This document shows, piece after piece, positions 57,494 through 64,000 of a DNA stretch of 64,000 nucleotides. A program made the position numbers and the translations under genes. The notes beneath the pieces are model-generated. The model made no database searches. It saw only the letters and a list, made by a program, of their open reading frames with translations, and had not been told where the DNA came from. Position 1 is the stretch's first letter; the number at the start of each line of letters is the position of its first letter. The stretch spans positions 35,402,001 to 35,466,000 of the forward strand of contig OX638154.1 of NCBI GenBank assembly GCA_951804945.1, read 5' to 3'. The DNA comes from Podarcis cretensis. Lineage: Eukaryota.

Positions 57494-60400
57494 TCAGGTG
57501 GGTGGCAGTTTCTGCTAAAGAAGTGATTGAGAAATATGAGGGCACAGTGTTTTTGAAGAAATCTCTTATTTTGAAGGAGAGTGATACAAACAAGTTTTGC
57601 AAAGTAGGCGTAGGAGACAGCGAGAGTCAGAAAGCTGAGTGGCAAACTGGAGAAAATGCAGAGGAATGCCTCATAAGAAGGACTTGTCAGTTTGCATCTT
57701 TAAAGCAGGCTCCTACAAAGCTCAAATAGACAAAAAGGGCTTGGCAAAAATCTTTGGAAACCTCTGACATAGGGGCTGTAGCTTCCTAATGCTAAAGTTC
57801 ATGTAATAGGTGTCAGGTCTCTATAGCCTCTTTTAAAAATAGAAGTTTAAATAACGTAAAAATCTACCAATCCCTTATCTGATAGGGATAAAATGCCTAC
57901 AGCCTGTTCCCTCTGCTCTAGCGTCATTATCCTGGGCAAACTCTACAGCTTTCTTGGTTTTTGTAGGTTTTATTCACTGGAAATTAATGCTGCATGTGGA
58001 GTTCTCCTGGGACTCTGCTTTGGCAGTCTTAAACTTTGCCCTGTTTCTGTTATAGAGCATGTAGTGGAGCAAAACTAACACGATGTATCTCTTTGTTTCA
58101 GCTGTCAAAAACATCTGGCCAACGTGCAGCTAGAGGGTGAATCTTAAGTCCACTGTTGCATTTCACCAGTACCCTGGTGCCAGTTCTAATTCTTTTCTGT
58201 CGGCACCGGAAGAGAATGTCTCTGAACATCTACCTCTTTGCTCAGCTGAGCAAGCAAAGAAAGTCTCCTCTGTTGGTGGTGGATTTCCCCACCCCACCCC
58301 CTCTTTCTCGGATAGGTTCAAACAGAGGAACTGGTTTGTGAAACTGTAGAGACCGAATACTTTGAAAGGACCATATACCTGTTTCTGGAAGGAAAGCTGG
58401 AGAAAATTGTGATCATACTGTTCTGAAAAGCCTGACTCTCCACCATTTTTGGACGGAAATGCTAGCAGCATGCCCCTGCACTGTATATCTAAAATATTTC
58501 TATAGCACACCAACTTATTGCACTTATTTTGACCTCTAGCCCTTGGCTTTCTTTCTAGTAAGAGATCTTGAATAACCAAGTGCCTATTTGCAAAGGCAGG
58601 ACAGGCCTTAAACTTACCCTGCAAAGTTCCTAGCTGTCCCATCTTGAACCTGCCTCAGACCCTTGGTCTGCCTGCTCTTGACCTGCAGTGGGTTTCCAGT
58701 GTCCTCCTTCCCTGCTCTGTTCACTGATCCTTCTTAATAGGACTTTCAGGGGATTGAATGTGGAACCTTCTACATGCAGAGCATGTGTTCTGCCATTGAG
58801 CTATATCACCTCCCCAGTAATGCACAAGGACGTCTCTGCACCGTTGACTGAAATACACATTGATCTTTAAGACCTGTGGGGAACTCCAGCAGTCATTCGC
58901 CATCCTCCAGTGTTAAATACATTTCATTTAACTCTCCTTGACAATGCTGGAAGCCATTGGTGCCTCTCACCAGGCCCAGTTAACAGCCGTGGATATTAAA
59001 ACTAACATTTACTCCAATGCCGGTCATAAATCATGGCTCTGTGAGGGCTATGTAGAGAAGATTGAACTGCCCCAGCTTTCTATGCACTTCTCTCTCTTTT
59101 TTTTAATTCGTTCAACACCTTTGTCAGGCACAGACTCTTTATTTTTGATCTGTGAAAAATGAACCAGGGGGAAACACACTTCATCAAGATTATATACTTT
59201 GAAAGCTCTTTCCGGGTGACTGCTGTGCAGTTAAGCTACAGGTAAAGAGCTAGGGGAACAAAAGGGGAACACAAAGGGATTTAGCCACACAGTTTGATGC
59301 TGCTTGGATAAAGAAGTAAATTGCTGTTGTGTATTCAGCCTTACGAACTTTGGAACTGGATTTTTCATGAGCCTATGTGCCCCATAATTCTCTGTTCAAA
59401 TGAATATTTGCTGGGAAAAGAGCTGATTGACTAGATAACCACTATTTATTTGAAAGCCATAATATTTGATCCTGGTTCTCATGTCTTGTTCCTGTTTTGC
59501 AATTGAATGTGTGAACTGCCTTGATTCTGAAGTGTTCTTGCTTGATATGATGGAAATTTGTACAAAAGTGCTGTCTGTGGTAGTTGTTTGATACATACAT
59601 GTCATTGCTAGATGTTGTGGTTATTGCATTTATAAATTCTTCCTAAGCGGGGGCCAGACTGCAGTAGAAATGGAGTACAGGACCGTAAGTCCTTTATTGG
59701 TGGTTTTATTACGTTGCCATTTTACTGTACAAGCTCTAAGTTGGAGAAATCACTGTGCAATCACAAATAGCGAGATGGTGGACACCTATTTCCTAAAATA
59801 GCTTTTCTCTTGCCTAATATGATGATGATGATGATGTATCGTTTCAGAGATGTGCAGTATTCTGAGAGGGTGTTAATATGTCTTGCATCTAGGTAAACTG
59901 TTAATCAGGTCTAGGCCTTAAGACATCACAGAACTCCCTTTCTTAAGGGCTGGTATCACTTAAGCAATAAAGTGGTACATTGTTTAAGTCCATTTCCTTT
60001 GTTTTTACGGCCAGAGTTCCTATGTCCCTTTCTTTTTGCATGGCATGTATAAATGTAACAGGTACATTGATGGAGGGGGCAGTATTTGTTGATTTTCTGC
60101 TCATCTTGTAGCTGTTCAGGATGTTGAACATGGGAGTACTGCCAGATAAAAGTGGCAGGCCTTGTACCACTTTAGGAAGTCTCCCTTCACTTGCATTTAC
60201 CATGTAAAGGTTGTGTCTGCAGAAGCCTGAAGATTAAGTGTCATTTCTGGCTGAGCTTTCTGCATATTAGCCAGCGAAAAAGCAGCAGTGAATAAGATAT
60301 TGGCCAGTTTTACACCCATTGTTAATCTGAGTCCAGTTGCTGCAGATGATATTCCTTCACTAGACTAACTTTGCAATCTCTAGAGATAAAGCATTCTTCC

Positions 60401-62872
60401 ACCTTCAGAATAATTATTATTGTTGTTATTATTATGTGCCCTGATGAACACCTACGGTAATTGATTAACTGAAACTAGTGGTCAGTATTTTTTAAAGTAT
60501 TTGTGGTATTGTTTTTAAAAATACTAGAATTCTTCTGGCTCGGGGGCAGGGGTGGTACCCTGCAGATGTTACATCTTCCCATCTTCCCTGACTAGTGGGC
60601 TGACAATTGGGACGCAGCAGCATTGCCTGCCTCTGCTCTGTGCCTTTGTAAGTGGCCAGTTTTGCCGCATGTGACTGAATTAATGGTTAGAGAAAGCACA
60701 GATATGGAGTTGAAAAGGGAAGAAAGTGCCTATTTGCTGCCTGGTGAATTTGAGTTCTGGGGTGTTTAAATATAATTTTAAAATGCTCACAATGGTGCTT
60801 GCCTCTTCAGATTCTCCACCATAATACAGGATGGTCATAAGCTACGAGAAATAATAGTAATATACATGAGCAAATGGCAAAGTTTGCATTAATAAGATCC
60901 ATACTGATTTTACAGCTAATTGAAGAAAAGCTCCCTTGTATGTTCATGAGTTATGGGAGTGACACTCTGCCAATTTCCTTCCATTTGGATAGTAGAAAAG
61001 GTGTCTTGTCTTAATTGGTCTCTAACATAACTGATTCTGCCACTGTTTTGCTCTTGCTGACAGGCAATCTCATTTCCTACAGCAGAATACCACAATTAAT
61101 ATGGGGCAGTAGATTCTGTGTGGCTAGGAAGCAAGGCATGCTTCAGCTGTGATTGCACAACACTGGATGGGCTCTCTTTTTAATGAAGTATCAGAACCCA
61201 GCATTTAAACATGGCATGTCACCAAAGGACTAAAGTCAACTCTATTACTATGTAATCCATTTCTCACTCATTTTGTGTTTTAATCAAATAATGTTTGTAA
61301 AAAAATTCTAAAATACATCGATATTATTCCTTGGTGTGTGTGCAATTCTTATTATCCATTTCATTTCTATACTGCTTTATATTTTTAAGAGGAAAGCAAA
61401 TCTCAAAGCGGTTTGCAACCTTGGGATACTAGTAGTAACTTCTAAGTGGCAAAGAAGTATGAGCCTGCTTAAAAGTCACTGTAAATCTATAAGTAATGAC
61501 GGAGTGATCTGAACTGGTCTGAACCCTATATTACTCAATCAAACCACAGCAAGCCTGCTGCTGTGTCATAGACTCTGTCTGACAGTAAGGAAATTGATTT
61601 ACACTTATCTGTCTTTATCTTCACCTCCCACTTGCTTTAGATAAGTCTATCGTGGGGGAAGTCTCTAGGTTTCCTGTTCTCTCTTCAGCTTAGAGGGTTT
61701 CCCCCTTCCTAAATCATACTTTGTAGCTGGACTAGAGATTCTCCATTAGTTATACATGGGTGATGGTGGAAAGTTCCTGAGTAAAGGCCGGTATGAAAGC
61801 TAGCATGGTGTAGTGGTCAGAATGTCAGACTGGAGGAGATCTGGGTTCAAATCCCCAGTCAGCCATTATGCTTACTTGGCCCAATTACTCAGCATAGTCT
61901 TCACAGGTTTGTGAGGCTAAGCCAGAGGTCTTTGAGGAGAGCAACTTGGGAAAAGGCTGGGATGTAATAAATGAATGATTTCTCTTTTACCTTAAGGGGC
62001 ATCGCTTTTCCTTAGGGAGCACAAAGCTACAATTTCTCCTATGTCCACAGACTACAGTCTGATTAGTGGGATAAGCCCATCTGGGCAAACAAGACTTCTA
62101 TTGTTGGGAATTTAGAGCCTATAATCCTACCTCTGCCAAGCACTTGCACTTTCTGCTTTTGAAAGGGCCGTAGTGGATCCAGTTTATCTTCAATGTGAAT
62201 TCAAAACTTCTTTAGGGTTGGTTGTCATGGATGACAAACCCTAGCCTGCTTCTACCCTGAAGTCACATTTTTGCACATGGGCCAGCGGTTGCTCAGAAAT
62301 GTGGATTATCTGTTCCTAGGTGAGTAATACATATATGGTATTTAGTCTTCAGATTTTAGTGATGTTTGCCACCCCTTTTCTAGGTGCCCAGGACATTGAG
62401 ACCTTTAATTCCTAGACTCGATTGCCACGTTGACTCATTTTCTGGGATTTGCAAGCTCCTCTCACAGGAGCTCAAGAGGAAAGCATAAATGCATTTTGGT
62501 GGGTACTGCAAAATGATAAGCAACAAAGCCAGAACAGTTTTCATGAGAACATTGTTGTTTTACCTCTCTGTTGAAGAAGTTTGGTTCTGTAGAAGCAGTG
62601 TGAAGAAGCTCATTTGAAGGAGAAACACTTACCAGGAAAATGTTATGCAGGATGTGTCCTATCTGCTTTCTTTGAATCATAGTGGCTGGGTAGGACAATT
62701 ACAGAACTGTACTGTTGAATTGGTACACTAAATGGGCAGAGGGTTTTTTGTGTTGTTGTTTTTGGTAACTATAACAGCCCATCCCTTTCCTCTAAAGTAG
62801 GAATGGGAAACCTGTGGCACTCCAGATGTTGTTGAACTTGCCTCAGCCAGCATGGCCAATGCTCAGGGATGA

Positions 62873-63160
62873 CATAGTCAAAAACAACCTATCAAAAGCA
62901 AACCTATCAAAAGCAAAACAAAAAAAATCCACAACCTATCAAAAGCAAAACAAAAAAAATTCCTTCCAGTAGCACCTTAAAGACCAACTAAGTTAGTTCT
63001 TGGTATGAGCTTTTGTGGTATGAGCTTTCAGGTATCTGAAGAAGTGTGCATGCACACGAAAGCTCATACCAAGAACTAACTTAGTTGGTCTTTAAGGTGC
63101 TACTGGAAGGAATTTTTTTTGTTTTGACTATGGCAGACCAACACGGCTACCTATCTGTAA
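62873..63160. mobile_element. Penelope-like fold-back retroelement remnant
   Basis: 68-bp perfect inverted arms (62946-63013 / 63059-63126) around a hammerhead core; CTATCAAAAGCA repeated on both flanks. Confidence 0.7.
63031..63070 (+). ncRNA. Minimal type I hammerhead ribozyme motif
   Basis: GGUAU-CUGAAGA-A-GUGUGCAUGCACAC-GAAA-GC-UC/AUACC: complete catalytic core, helix I GGUAU:AUACC, helix II hairpin, palindromic AGCU helix III. Confidence 0.72.
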
Positions 63161-63782
63161 CTATCAAAAGCAGTTCTCATTCCTCCTCTAAAGCTGCTGC
63201 AGGTGTGTTACTCTGGTATAAATTATCAGAAAGGAGCAAGCAGAATCTACGTATGTTTACTTCTCTCTAAATACTGGAGCTGGCTGGTGGCTTTCAATGC
63301 TTGCCATGCAGAGGAAATTCAATCCCTTAGTTATCTGATATGACCACATGCAAGTGTGACTTGGACAAGGGCTGTTGCTTCAAGAAAGAGTAGTAAGAGC
63401 TAGTCTGTGATGTGTGGATTATTTGTGCGAGTGTACAAACAGAAACAGCATTTCCCATACTTCTCCTAGAGGTCACAATTTGTTTTTATGAATTAGAACC
63501 ACAGGCAGAGCACTCATGGCAATATCTAAATTAAAATGAAGTTGTGCCGCCAAGAGTGAGACCTTACATTTGAACCCTGATTGTAGAGTTGGAAGTGACT
63601 GTGAGCATCATCTAGTCCACTCCCTGCAATGCAGGAATTACTATTGCACTGGGGAAATGTCTGTGCAGCGCACTTCTCCCATTCCTTTGCTTCCCACTTT
63701 CTTTTTCCTAGTGTAAAGTATGAAGCCTTTCCCTACATGTACCTGAGCTGACATGTCCTCAGCTGCCACCTTGTTTCAGCAC

Positions 63783-64000
63783 AGGACGTGGGTGGCGCTG
63801 TGGTCTAAAACCACTGAGCTTCTTGGGCTTGCCGATTAGAAAGTCAGCGGTTTGAATCCCCACAATGGGGTGAGCTCCCATTGCTCTGTCCCAGCTCCAG
63901 CCAACCTAGCAGTTTGAAAGCACACTAGTGCAAGTAGATAAATAGGTACCATTGTGGCGGGGAAAGTAAACAGCGTTTCCATGTGCTCTGGTTTCCGCCA
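63783..64000 (+). mobile_element. Sauria SINE, cut off by the window end
   Basis: Co-linear with the 5' part of the 56283 copy. Confidence 0.8.

Noticed and set aside
59900-62000. NRAS poly(A) site
   Set aside because: Several AATAAA-like hexamers (e.g. ~59966, and ~61966 in a SINE tail) but none could be singled out from sequence alone
62946-63030. Possible second, minus-strand hammerhead in the left arm of the fold-back element
   Set aside because: The left arm stops after the complement of GAAAGCTCATACC; helix II and the CUGANGA box are missing

Overview
Vertebrate genomic DNA, most likely from a lacertid lizard (inferred from Sauria-type SINEs and other squamate repeats). It holds the conserved tandem trio SIKE1 -> CSDE1 (UNR) -> NRAS, all on the + strand, each with its own CpG-island promoter. 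Complete spliced CDSs were reconstructed by hand from splice sites and reading frame: SIKE1 5 coding exons (213 aa), CSDE1 18 coding exons (796 aa, plus two alternative in-frame N-terminal exons and one GC-AG intron), NRAS 4 coding exons (189 aa). Most ORF-track entries are spurious. The most interesting non-gene signals are: (i) two Penelope-like fold-back insertions carrying a minimal type I hammerhead ribozyme core, one intact at 63031-63070 and one damaged copy in sense orientation inside a SIKE1 intron; (ii) a 63-bp near-perfect hairpin just upstream of CSDE1 exon 4; (iii) a 42-codon alternative CSDE1 N-terminal exon too short for the ORF track; (iv) a ~140-nt AG-free pyrimidine tract in CSDE1 intron 18 suggesting an unannotated poison or alternative terminal exon; (v) a ~3 kb TE-filled CSDE1-NRAS spacer, where mammals have only ~0.15 kb; (vi) Tc2-like elements carrying internal tandem arrays. 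Comparisons to human/fish sequences are from memory and no database searches were run.
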